Part shown: positions 37,456-49,996 of the stretch, one piece after another
How positions within the stretch are numbered: the stretch's first letter is position 1
How the letters are laid out: each line of letters starts with the position of its first letter
Assembly: GCA_016748015.1 (NCBI GenBank)
Contig: JAAOMT010000030.1
Coordinates: 23,222 to 87,221 of the forward strand
Direction of reading: 5' to 3'
DNA length: 64,000 bases
DNA from: Geosiphon pyriformis uo1
Taxonomy: Eukaryota; Fungi; Glomeromycota
The notes under the pieces: model-generated
Seen by the model: the letters and a program-made list of their open reading frames with translations, nothing else
Database searches by the model: none
Told to the model about the DNA's origin: nothing
Program-made: the position numbers and the translations under genes

Positions 37456-38374
37456 TGTTATTTGAATAGAAAAACCAAAAAGCTATAAAAAAACATAACA
37501 AAGAAATGTGACAAGAAAAATGTAGTACAACTCAAAATAACATAAGACAAATGTGAACAATAGTTAGCAATAATGAACAATAGCTAGCAATAACAAAACA
37601 ATAGCTAGCAATAGTGAAGCAATTGAAAACAATTCTATAAAACCAAAAAAATGTATAAAAGCAAGTAGGTATAAAAGTTAAAAAAGACAGTTAGTTAGTA
37701 ATTAATTTTTACTTTGTATCCTATCTATCATATATTTATAGTCCGAAATATAAAAATTATCAAAAAAACCACAAAATTCAATTTACCAATTTATGTTCTT
37801 CAATCTTACAGATTTTAATTGAAATTGAAATCAGTATTTCTTATCTTGTTCTGAAACAGATGCCATTAGCATAAATGTCTTGAATCTTTAATGATTTGAA
37901 CCAATTGCTCTTGATCATGGCAATTGACAAGAACTAATTCTTTTATTTTTTTATTATTTTTTATTATTATTTTTTTATTATTATTTTTTTGTTTGGAGTG
38001 GCAACATAGGAAAATTAACTGTCTTAGAATAGACTTCATGATAGTCTGGTAAAAGAGAGAAGCTTCCTCTAAGTTTTGGATATTAATATTATCTTGGTAG
38101 CTTACTAGAAAGGCAAAAAGACAACACCAAATCTTAATAACTGTGTGCATTAGCACAGAGAAGAAAGCTCATATTTACAGAAAACGTTGCAATCAACAAA
38201 AAACAAACTCTGTGTCTTATAACCAAAGAACTCAAAGGGTAAATTCACATCCAGGAATAGACCTTCAAAAACTGATAATACTAATACTTTGAAAAGAGCA
38301 GACAGTCTTAAAAAATAACCTAAAAGTAGAGCACCAAATGTTATTACTATACCCTAACAAGTTTATCTGTAATA
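37456..38374 (+). repeat. G4 5' LTR
   Basis: Repeat of 44639-45547; ~20-bp CAATAGCTAGCAATAATGAG tandem units. Confidence 0.92.
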
Positions 38375-41300
38375 TTTGGTGCTCCCTGTAAGATTATAAA
38401 TCCACAGAGACAGAGCACTTCAGAGATACACAAAAGTGACAACTATTAGAACAATAAGAAAAGACTACTCCTTATATAAAAAAACATTATTTCAATACTT
38501 TTGAAAAGATTTAGGAATACCAGCAGAAACCACTATCACAGAAAGTGATTTTTGTAATTATATCAATGCAAAAATCAACTGTTTATTAGGCCGCGCAACT
38601 GATACAGAAAGACTTAAAGAACAAATCCATCAAAGCTTACTAAAATACTTAAAAACTACTACTACTCGAGCAATTACTGAAACTTTATACATAGTTGATA
38701 TGGATATTAAACACTATGTGACAAAATGATTCTCTCAAGTACAACAACCAGTAGAATCCAATCTGGAGGAATATGAATATGGATCCAATAATCACACAAC
38801 TGCTTAAGACAAGTCCATAGTTAACAAGAAACCAAGATTTCTCTCCCCAACAATTCCATCATATTATCAGACACCTTAAAGTAAAATTGTATTCAATCTA
38901 CTCCTGGAAATCCAGTCAGAAACACCACAAACTTCTGGAAATTCACACCCTTGAAGTCAACACAATTGGACCAAATCACTAAAAGAATATAAATTACTGT
39001 TTGGAAATCTTACTTCAACAGCCAGTCAAACAGAAAGAAACACATCAACTTAGAAACAACCACTAGCACAAAACCCAGCAGAATTAGCATTTTCCTTAAC
39101 AGAAGAAACAGCTATCTTACAACCTATTGGTTCAAGTGACAAAAGGAAACAACCAGCATTAGCACCTAAAGAACACTTGAAAACATAGACACCAATTCCC
39201 TTAAACATAACTAGTAACACCCCACCCATCAACTGAATTATGGCTTACCAAGATATTACTAAGTTACAAAAATTCTCAGGAAAAGAAGACAATGCATATT
39301 TGTGGATTGTGAAAGCTGAGAAAACAATTACCACCAATAACTGAAATGATAACAGAGCTATTTAAGTGCTGCCATTCTTTCTAACCGGAACTGCAGACTT
39401 GTAGTATCAAAGTCTTGCAAAAAAACCAACTGACTTTAACATTTTTAAGCTTGCTTTTCTATAATATTTTTGCAACCCCAATACTTTAATCTGATTACAG
39501 AATCAATTCAGCATAATTAAACAAAAAGATCATAAAGCAGTAACTACTTATCTTGAATGATTCAATCAAATCTTTCATCAAATATTAGCTATTGAAAGGG
39601 ACTACTATACTGTGATGCAAGTTCTTAATTAATTCATTAAAAGATTGCAAAGTAGTATTCTAAGATCCATAAGATCACATCATCTAACCAATTTACAAGA
39701 TGCTGTCACTTTTGCTTGCAATTTTGAGTTTGCAAAACAAGAAGTAAACCATACCCAAGCTGTTAATTTAGTCATTAATAGAACCTTTAACATTGATGCA
39801 AAGATAACCCAATTAAGTAAGAAACTAACTTAGAAAATTGAGAGATTCTTAGCCAGAACCACAGAAACTTACCAACCACTACAACAGAGAGAAAATAACA
39901 ACAACAGCAGATATCTCTAGCAACAGAACTGTCAGCAACAGCAACAACCTTAGAGATCTGATCCTCATAACTGTTACTATTGCTAGAAATTTGGACATAT
40001 TGCCCAGGACTGTAGAAAGAAGATAATAAACCAAAATCAAGGAAACCAATACTAGCAACCAAAATATTAGCAAAACATGGTATCCCAATATTCCATATTT
40101 TAAAATCAACTGCCCCAGGACACATAACAAGTCTTGTACACTCAATCACTGTTCCAGAGTTATTATCAACTATTACCAATAACACAAACAATCTCTCATT
40201 ATTAAACTTTCCCTTACAGCCAGCCCAGACCTCAAGCTATAGACTATAATTAAGGATGGAAGAATTTCAACAACAATTAGGCACAAACCAACAGTGAACT
40301 ATCTCAACTAATCCCTTACAGTCTTGCCCAATTTCGACCAGCACCAACTGGATACTTGAATCAAGCTTTCTATCTCAGTCTTATAGAAAACCAGAGTTTT
40401 GATAAATCTACACCTATAGAAAAGAGGAATGTAAAACAAACCTCCAAACCTTCCAAGCAAACAAAAAGCAATATTCTACCAGCCACTATTACTGAGGACA
40501 CTACCCTAGCCATCATATTTCCTTTTAATATCAATAATTTAAACACCCATAGCCTTTTTAATAAAGCAGTTATCAATCAGAATAAACCAATAATGGCCCT
40601 ATATACCAATGCCAGAGTTGGAGGAATAAACATTAAATTAATCTTAGATAGCAGATTAGCCAGTAGCATAATTACGAAGCAGCTCATAGACCAACTAGGT
40701 TGCCAAGTAGACCATGCTGCTATTGTCTGGATCATTACAGCTAATGGAAACACAAAAACCCCAATAGGAAAAATTGACAACTTCCTCTTCGAGATTAATA
40801 GAATCCAGATCTCTACCAAAGTATTTGTCATGGAAACTATTCAATATCAAGCTCTAATAGAAAATAATTGGTTGTCAAAAGCCAATGGTACTCTCGACTG
40901 GAACACCCAAGAACTTCAACTCATTTTCAATAGACAGCATGTTCAAGTCCCAGCTATGTGCAGCCCTTTTAAAACCCAACATACCAAGGAATTCTTTATT
41001 GAATTTAAAGACATACCACTACCACTGACCATCAAGATCTATTAAGTTTCATGGACAGATAATTATTGAACTGAACTACCCCCACCACCAACCTGGGAAG
41101 AAAAAAAAAAAGGCAGAGCCAAAGAAAAACCCCAATTGTCATCATTAGGATACATAATCTCAGACCAAAAAAACTTATTTTACTAATTTCTAAGACTAAT
41201 ATGTGTTAATTGTGAAAAGAAATTATCTACTATAAATGCATATATTAGAAACAATGAAGAATGGCTCACTGCCACCAAATACTAATGTAGATCTTGTATA

Positions 41301-44300
41301 CTGAAAAAATTTGGAGGAAAGATATGATTCTGTGAAGATTACCAGAAATTAAATAGAATTACCCAAAGAGATAGCTATTTCACTCCTCTTATCCAAGAAA
41401 TCCTAAACAACTTAGGAAAAAAAAATGGTTCTCATCACTAGATCTAGCCAGTAGATATTGACAAGTTAAAATAGATCCAAAAGACAAAAAAAAAATAGCA
41501 TTTACCACCCAAGACGGAAATTTTGAATTTAATGTAATGCTCTTTGAACTTTGCAATGTTTTCACCCTCTTCCAATGTCTCATAGACATCGTATATAAGA
41601 GAATCCTATAAAAATCAGTCATAATTTATTTAAACAACACAAACATGTTCTCAGAAATGTTTGACAAACATTTGCTACACCTCCAACAAGTCTTTGAACA
41701 TCTTTAAAATGCTGAACTAAAACTTAACCCCAACAAATACTTCTTTGGAAAAACCAAGCTGAAATTCTTAGAACACATAATTGGCAAAGACAAAGTCAAA
41801 CTTGATCCAAACAAAATCCAGAAAGTCAAAGATTTTTGAGCCTCCATCAATCTTTGAGAATTACATGGATTTCTAGAATTAGCAGGATATTACTAACAGT
41901 TCATCAAAGATTTTTCAATCATTACAAAACCACTTCATTATTTGCTATCTAAGCATGTACTATACTGATAGAAGAAGGAACAACAGAAAACATTTGACTA
42001 TCTTAAACAGTAGTTAATCACCTCTCTAGTATTGATCTATCCAGATTTCACCAAATGTTTCATTGTTGCTATGAATGCCTTGAAAAATGCATTAGGAGCT
42101 GTCTTATTTCAGATTGGACCAGACAAAAAAAAACATCCAATTGCATATGCTAGCCATAGCACAAGTCTAGTGGAAAAGATATATAGTGCAACAGACTAGG
42201 AATGTTTTGCCATTTATTGGGCTGTACAAATCTGGAAACATTACCTGAGCCAATTATTTGACCTATATACTAATCATAAAAAATTAATCTGGCTACTCAA
42301 TAATCCACAGCTGGAAAAAAAATATGCAAGATAGAATACTTATCTGCAATAATTCTTACTCAAAGTTCATTACAAAGAAAAATCCAAGAACACCAATATT
42401 GACAGTTTGTCAAGGATGTTACAAACCTAATCTCAGACTCATGGACACACTTACTTATCAGCAATTACATCAGTACCTATTAACACTACATTTCAAGAAG
42501 ATTTTATCTAAACAGGAACAAAATACTATGCAGAAACAAGTGTAAAATTACTTTATTCAAAATGACCAACTCTATTGTTAAAAATAACAAAACTACACCA
42601 CCCCACAACAGTTGATCAAGAATAATGAAAAAGAAGCTATATTATATAGTATGTATTTTGACCCAACTGCAGAACACTTCAACAAAGACACAATTTTAGA
42701 AAGAACAACAAATCTATACTATTGACCTATGATATATAAGGATATCTTCGAATATGTTCTCAATTGTGACTCATGCCAGTAAAGAAGAGGAGTCAAAGTA
42801 ACAGAACCACTTCAACCCATTTCAGTTGGAAATTCATTTGATAGAATTGGGATTGATTTGGTTGGTTTTCTCTTGATTACATCTAAAGGAAATTATTATA
42901 ATGCAGTAGCTGTAGACTACCTTACAAAATGACCAGAAGCCAGAGCAATCCAAGTAGCTGATGCCAAAACAATAGCTAAATTTGTACACCAAGATCTAAT
43001 ATGTAGACATAGATGCCCAAAAGAATTGTTATCAGACTAAGAAATACATTTTGTTAATACTATGTTAACTGAATTGTGTTAACAATTTGGTATAAAACAA
43101 CTTCTATTGTTATCATATTACTCACAAACAAATAAACTGGTAGAATAGTTTAACAGAAAATTATGTGAATCATTAGTAAAAATAAGTTGTGAAAACAAAC
43201 AAGAATGGGACTTATTTATACTTTTTGTACTCTTTACATATCAAACATTAAAGCAAAATATGACACAGTTTACACTATTTGAATTAGTTTATGGAAGAAA
43301 AACAATATTACTTATTGAATGAAAAATAGCATTCTACCCAACAAAAACTATTAACAAAAAAAATTTTGAAGCTATCTTATGTTAAAAAACATACCAGCTA
43401 ATAGAAATATTAGAAAACAATCGTAGAACAACAGCTGACAATATTAGCAATGCTCAAGAATAACAAAAAAAAAGACATAATAATTGCCTACTCAAACAAC
43501 CAATGGAATTTAAGATTAAAGACCAAGTACTGTTATATTATACAAAAGTGGAGAAACAATGGAGTAGAAAGTTTGACCCAAAGTGGGATGGCTTATTCCA
43601 CATACATGAAGCTTTAAAAAATGGAGCTTACAAATTACAATTAAAAGATAAGATTTTAAAAAAAGTAGCTCATGGAAATCAATTAAAAATTTATCATGTG
43701 AAACAACAGTCATCATCATTAATACTTCAACTAGGAACACAAATTCTATTAATCAGACCAGAAGATATATTATGAAATCTGGAACCAATCATTGTTATCA
43801 AAACATAGACAACATATAGCAAATTAAATTGGGAAATTCAAGTATATATACCATTCAGAAAATGACAAAAAAACAATAAAACCTTTTCAACATAAACCTT
43901 TTAGATCAAATTCTACAACTTTTAAAACAACTGTTTAATGCAATTCAATAATCTTCTGCTCAAATAGAAATTACAATTGATAAAAAAAAGATATGATACA
44001 GAGATAGAAGCAAGAAAGGGGTGGACAAAAGTTCAACTAGAACTAAGCTGTTTCACTTTTACAAGCAAACCTCTCTCTATAAAAGAAAAAAAAAAGGATA
44101 TGATGTAAATAGAACTTGACACAACTAAAAAGAAGAGGAAGGTAACAGAAATGGAACTGTGTTGGGTGAGAATTAAGGAAATAAAGAAGGATCTGAACAG
44201 ACAAACACCAGAGCCAGTAACAGGAGAATAGACACCTGAAAATACAAAGAAATAGAAAAAAAAACTTCTACTCATCTATTGGCTATTTAAAATTGGGTTA

Positions 44301-44638
44301 CAATTAGAACTAAATAGCCTATACAAAAACCTCAACCATTAAATAATCAACAAAGAAGCCTGCAGACAAGTAGAAAAATTTGTGAGAAAAACCAACTTAA
44401 ACTTATATTACAAAACAACATACTGGCTATATACAGTATTTAAACACTATTTAACAGTACTACTAGATGAAACTTTGAAAACTATTACAGTCAACAACAT
44501 AGAACAAATGACAAACACCTAATTTGAAGTTCTACAAAAAGCAATACTGAGAGCAACATTCGAGTTTTTTACCAAAAACACAAACTTGGCTGAAATAAAT
44601 GATTTTGCAGGAGCTTAATTTTAAAAAGAGAGGGATAA

Positions 44639-45547
44639 TGTTACTCGAATAGAAAAACCAAAAAGCTATGGAAAAACATGACAAAGAAATGTGACAAGAA
44701 AAACACAGTACAACTCAAGATAACATAGAACAAACATGAGCAATAACTAGCAATAATAAGCAATAACTAGCAATAATGAGTAATAGCTAGCAATAATAAA
44801 ACAATAGCTAGCAATAGTAAAGCAATTAAAAGCAATTCTATAAAACCAAAAGAATATATAAAAGCAAGTAGGTATAGAAGTTAAAAAAAAGACAGTTAGT
44901 TAGTAATCAATTTTTATTTTGTATCCTATCTATCATATATTTATAGTCTGAAATACAATAATTATCAAAAAAACCATAAAATTCAATTTACCAATTTATG
45001 TTTTCCAATCTTATGAATTTTAATTGAAATTAAAATCAGTATTTTCTACCTTATTCTGAAACAGATGCCATTAGCATAAATGCCTTGAACTTTTAACAAT
45101 TTGGACCAATTGCTCTTGATCACAGCAATTGATGGAAACTAATTTTTTTCTTTTTTTTCTTTATTTTCTTTTTCTTTTTTCTTTTGTTTGGAGCAGTAAC
45201 ATAGAAAAATTGACTGTCTTGGAATAGACTTTGTAATAGTCTGGTAAAAGAAGGAAGCTCCCTCAAAGTTTTGGATATTAATGTTATCTTAGTAGCTTAT
45301 CAGAAGAGCAAAAAGACAATGCCAGATCCTAATAACTGTGCTCATTAGCGTGGAGAAAAAAGTTCACATTTATGAAAAACATTACAATTAATAAAAAACA
45401 AACTTTGTGCCTTATAACCAAAAAACTCAATGGGTAAATTCACATCCAGAAATAGACTTTCAGAGACTGATAACACTAATACTGTGGAAAGAGCAAAAGT
45501 AAAGCACCAAATATTATTACTATATTCCAACAAGTTTACTTATAACA
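44639..45547 (+). repeat. G4 3' LTR
   Basis: TGTTAC...TAACA, preceded by a PPT. Confidence 0.92.
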
Positions 45548-45551
45548 TTAC

Positions 45552-46453
45552 TTATTATTTAATCAAATTATCAAATATTATTACTTAATCAATAATCTGA
45601 TTTGTACAATAGAAATTAAGATGATCAAATTACACAATACCTTGAACCATTTAACATAGTCAAAATTTGTCGAAATTAATGAAAATTGGCTGAAATAATC
45701 AATAGTTTAGTAAAATAACTTGTAATTTGCTGAAATGTATCTTTAATTCACCCAAATTGTAGCAAAAAGAAAAGTGCAAGTTTAAAGACTAGTATTACAA
45801 CAAGTTGTATAAAAGAAGAGCCTCTTTCTTCAAGAAAATGTATCTTTTCATAGTATCTTAACATAATATATTACTTTAGATATCTTAATTAGAACAAATT
45901 ATTTTTTACACATTCAAATAAAAATTAAATATTTGAAAACCAAATTCTTAAATTATTATACTTGAAATTCCCTCAAACACAACTAATATTTTGAAATTGA
46001 TTAGCTACCAATTTCAGTAAATTGATTAGCTACCAATTTCAGTAAATTGTTAATAATTTCAGGTTTGGATAGAAAATGTTTCCCTTAACAGAATTTTATT
46101 TCTTTTATATTTTTTTTATTTTTTTGTTCTTTTCTTATTATAATCATTAGGGTAGTCTACAGACAAGATTCCTGTAGAAGAGTTGATTTTTACAGCAAAA
46201 TAACTACACATTTTTAGTGAGCTTCTAAATAAGCAATTTCTGAGAAAAAGTTAACATTTACTACAATATAACTACACAAAATAACTGGCACAAAATTGGC
46301 CATTCTACTTATAAGCCCAGCAATTCAAATTATAGGAGATAATTTGAAGATAAATTCAGTTACTGAAGATCCAACTACTTTCTAAGAACATAAATTTACA
46401 GCAAATCAACATTAACAGCATTCAAAAAAAGAGACCAAAAACTTCTGGTAACA
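45552..46453 (+). repeat. G3 3' LTR, distal part
   Basis: Continues the 5' LTR sequence from ttattatttaatcaaattatc; contains a 25-bp tandem duplication at 45996-46045. Confidence 0.9.
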
Positions 46454-49174
46454 CCACACATGACTGGCACTCTTGTATGTTATCAATTCTGACTAAGCTG
46501 TAGCTTTTGCATGTTACAATCAAGCACAACATTGGTTTTGAATAGCCAGTCATTACCAACTAGTGCTTGTTACTGTGTAGTTTCATCACCAAAACTTTGA
46601 TTGGTGTAATAATACCATTAATTTCAAATGAGAAATCATCAATCTTGTCAATAGGAGTTTTGGTTGCTTTATTAGTCATTATTATCCTGGTGCTAACAGC
46701 ATGATTAACCTGACAACCTAATTGGTTTATGAGTTGTTGTGTAATAATACTGCCTGCTAACCCACTATTCAGAATTAGTTTAATGGTCTGACTATTGACT
46801 TTGGTGTTAGTATACATAACAGTAATGAATTTGGTATTGAGTATGACTTCATTAAAAAGAAGCATTGCTGATTTCTTAAGTTTAAAGAGAAAAATGGCTG
46901 CAAGAGATTTGTCTTTCATAATAGTTGCTGAAAATATATTGCTAATAAATGGCTCTTGGTTGGTTTCCTATTTGTTAAATGTGGTGTCTCCTGAAATGAC
47001 CAAGAAACTTAAATAGTTCTGAGAATTTAGATTTTGATTGTATCTGGTTCTCGAATTCCACTGTTGCAATCCTGATAGTTGATTTGATAAACTGGGAATT
47101 GGTTAATGAACAACTATTGCTGATCTCCAGTTTTGTTGTATGGTTCTTGGTTTTTGGTTTCCATGTGACATTAGGGTTGAAATTTGTGGTAGTGTTTAAA
47201 TTTACTGAGGTTGATATATTACTTGTGGCTGTGGTTGATAAATAACTGGTACTGAAGGCTGATATATTAGGGGTGAATATAATTGTTGCATTATTGGTGC
47301 TTAATAAATTGGTGGCTGCATTACTAGTAAGTAATCTAATTAATATAGTTCTGAGTTTGGTTAATATCTCTGAGTTTGAAACTAGCAATCAGAGTTTTAA
47401 TATTGACTTCTTGATTATTGATTATTTAAGCAATAGTGGCAGTCGATTTGCAGGTGTTTTTGTTTACCACAATAATAACAAACATATGTTTCTTGTTGCT
47501 ACTGTTAATTGGTTGACAATAATAAACATAATTAATTTTAAAAACAATTAGAGTTTTTTTAATTGCTGTGTTGTTGTGAAGGTTGATAAATTGTCTAATT
47601 GTTGTTAGCTAAGTATTTCTCTAATTTCTGATTGATTGAATTACTGAATTGTTTCAATTTAGAATCCAAGTCAGATAATCTATTCATTATTAGATTTATG
47701 GCTTGGGCATGATTGGCTTTTAATTTAGTGGCTTCAAAATCTCTGGTGTTGATGACAGTGGCTTGAAAATCTGTCAAATATAATGAACATATATGTTGAA
47801 GAATGCTATTGTGCAGGCCTCTAATAAATTGATTCAAAATTTGTGGTGCAGTAAAATAATCAGCTTGAATTGTTTGAATTTGGCACAGATTTCTGTAAAA
47901 ACATTCTAAGTAAGTAGTGACTGCTTTAGTTTCTCTTTGTTTAATAGTAGTGACAATGTTAACTAAGCAGTTAATGCTGTTATTATTGCTGAAATATTGT
48001 AAGAACTCAAGCTTAAATACATTGAAATCTTAGAGTTTGTTCACCAGGCTTTGATATCATGAGTCAACAGTATTCTGGAGAAAATATGGAATGGCTTGGA
48101 AGGCTCTTATGTCATTCCATCCATTGGCCATAATGGCTTTTTCAACATTATTGAGCCATATTTGGGCATCATTTTCTTTGCCAGTAAACTTTTTGAGTTT
48201 TGCTATTTGGGTGTAGGCCATTGAATCCAAGTTTGGTTGTTGTTGTTGTTGTTGAGGTGGTAATTGAATTTGAGATTGTGACAGTGGCTATTGTTGTACG
48301 GCAACTGGTAGTGAGTTAATAATGATTACTAAAGGTAAGTATTGTTGATTATTAATGTCAAGATTTGGATCATTCTGATTTTGCTAAATTTGAATGATTG
48401 GAGTTTTTACAATCAGATTGTGGTAGTAAAATTCTTGATTGTCATTTTTCTTTTCTTTTGATTTAATTATCTCTAAGGAACTTGCAGTTTCGAAATCTGG
48501 TTGAAATAATGGTAATCAACATTTTGATGATGTTGGAGATCATGATTTGAATCCTTTAAAGTAATCACCATAAGTTTCCAATAATTCTGTTTTCTTTTGT
48601 TTACTTTAAAATAGGAGTTGTCCAAATGTTGATGTCACATTTAATGTGGACATGTTTGCTGATACAATATTAATAGTACTTCTGGGTGTGTAATGATAGG
48701 ATAGATATAGTGAAAATTTAATTCTTTGTTTCTTCCATATTGGTAATTGTATTTCTTTTGGGATTGCTGCTGGTGTTTGTAACTTTTCTTTACTCTTATC
48801 TGCATAGGTAATGAGGAATTGTTGTTGAGTGTATCTTTCAATTTTTTGATTAATTTCTCTAATAATTAGTGTAAAACTGTGATTTTATAGTAAGCTGGTG
48901 TGTTGGATTAATTCTGTATAAAAATTTTTTCTTGCTGATTTGATGTTAACTGGTCTTTCAAAAAAATCTGTGATTCTTTTGTTAACATAAAAGTTGAAGG
49001 CTGATTCCGCTAGATAATGGTTGTTGGTTAAGCCCAATTGTTGGCTGTACTGTTGAAATAAATATTTAGAAAATTCTAAATGGTTTGTTTTTATTATTTC
49101 TGATTCTGCCACTTTTGAATGATTGCTGTTGGTGCTGGTTTTCTGTAGAATTATATCTCATAGAAAGCACCAAA

Positions 49175-49996
49175 TGTTACAAGTGATTATTTGGAGTCTC
49201 AAATCAAATAACAAACCCATAACTTGGTGTTCAATTAATATATATTAATGTTGGTAATATTTGAAGGTTTTGTTGTAAAGTTTTTTGTACAATGAACAAA
49301 GATTCAATATTGATTATAGTAGCTTTTTGAAATTACAATTCCATCCAATTTTTTTCTTAGCTTGATGGCCAGATTTATTCTGGCAGTCATGCCTTTCTAG
49401 TAAGCTATCTATTAATATATATATAATTTTACTCTTATTTTTGGGTTTTTTACCAGGCTATTCTTAATATTAATAATTCAGCATTTAATCCTCAATCAAT
49501 TAGTCAACAACAAAAAAAAATAAAATAAAAAAAAATAAAAAAAAATAAAGACAATAATAAGTTAATATCTTATCAATAACCATGATCAAGAGCTATTGGT
49601 CCAGTATAGTTAAGTATAAATTACTATCAACATGAAGTATTGATAGTGGAAAGTGGATTAAGATAGTGAATAATTATTTATTGATATTTGTGATGTAAAA
49701 GGTTGCTTAAATAAAATTTAAACTGAAAGGTCTGTCTTTTCTGTTTCTAATGCTCTTGCTATATATATATAATTTAGGTTCTATGAGATTGCTCATATTT
49801 CTAAGCAATGTGCTATGATTTCTTGAGCAATGTGTCCTATTTTTCTAATATTGTTCCACATTGCTAAGCAATGTGCCATAATTTTTGACATTGCTTTATA
49901 TTGCTTGAACAATGTGCTCATATGCTAACTACTATTCTCCTATTGGTCTATCTGTTTTTTCTATTATTTTCTTTCTATATTTTTCTATGAGTAACA
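49175..49996 (-). repeat. G2 5' LTR, with degenerate PBS at 49157-49172
   Basis: Repeat of 22160-23021. Confidence 0.92.

Larger units (their letters stand above)
37456..45547 (+). mobile_element. G4: Ty3/Gypsy element with an internal deletion (no dUTPase), inserted in the G3 3' LTR
   Basis: LTRs 37456-38374 and 44639-45547; TSD TTAC (37452-37455 and 45548-45551); PBS 38377-38392; PPT AAAAAGAGAGGGA 44623-44635; gag 39240-39830, CCHC ~39970-40015, PR 40590-40970, RT from 41315, RNase H 42030-42420, IN 42440-43700, 3' ORF 43860-44620. Confidence 0.93.
28438..46453 (+). mobile_element. G3: dUTPase-bearing Ty3/Gypsy element inserted at the end of the G2 protease
   Basis: 5' LTR 28438-29409; 3' LTR 37361-37455 plus 45552-46453; TGTTACC...GGTAACA ends; TSD CCAC (28434-28437 and 46454-46457); removal restores G2 VPVMCGHFKPN. 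Confidence 0.93.
22160..49996 (-). mobile_element. G2: dUTPase-bearing Ty3/Gypsy element, interrupted by G3 and G4
   Basis: LTRs 22160-23021 and 49175-49996; TSD CTAT (22156-22159 and 49997-50000); gag 48220-47600, CCHC ~47440-47490, PR 46919-46458, Cys domain 28200-27550, dUTPase 27290-26900, RT 26470-25735, IN 25040-23850. Confidence 0.93.

Noticed and set aside
37555-37625. Regular short repeats resembling a CRISPR array (also 9005-9150 and 52250-52430)
   Set aside because: No unique spacers or cas genes; they are tandem units inside LTR U3 in eukaryotic DNA.
43503-43800. Chromodomain or membrane Env after the integrase
   Set aside because: No YLVKW-type motif, signal peptide or TM helix; only a GPF/SH3-like tail and a soluble-looking 3' ORF.
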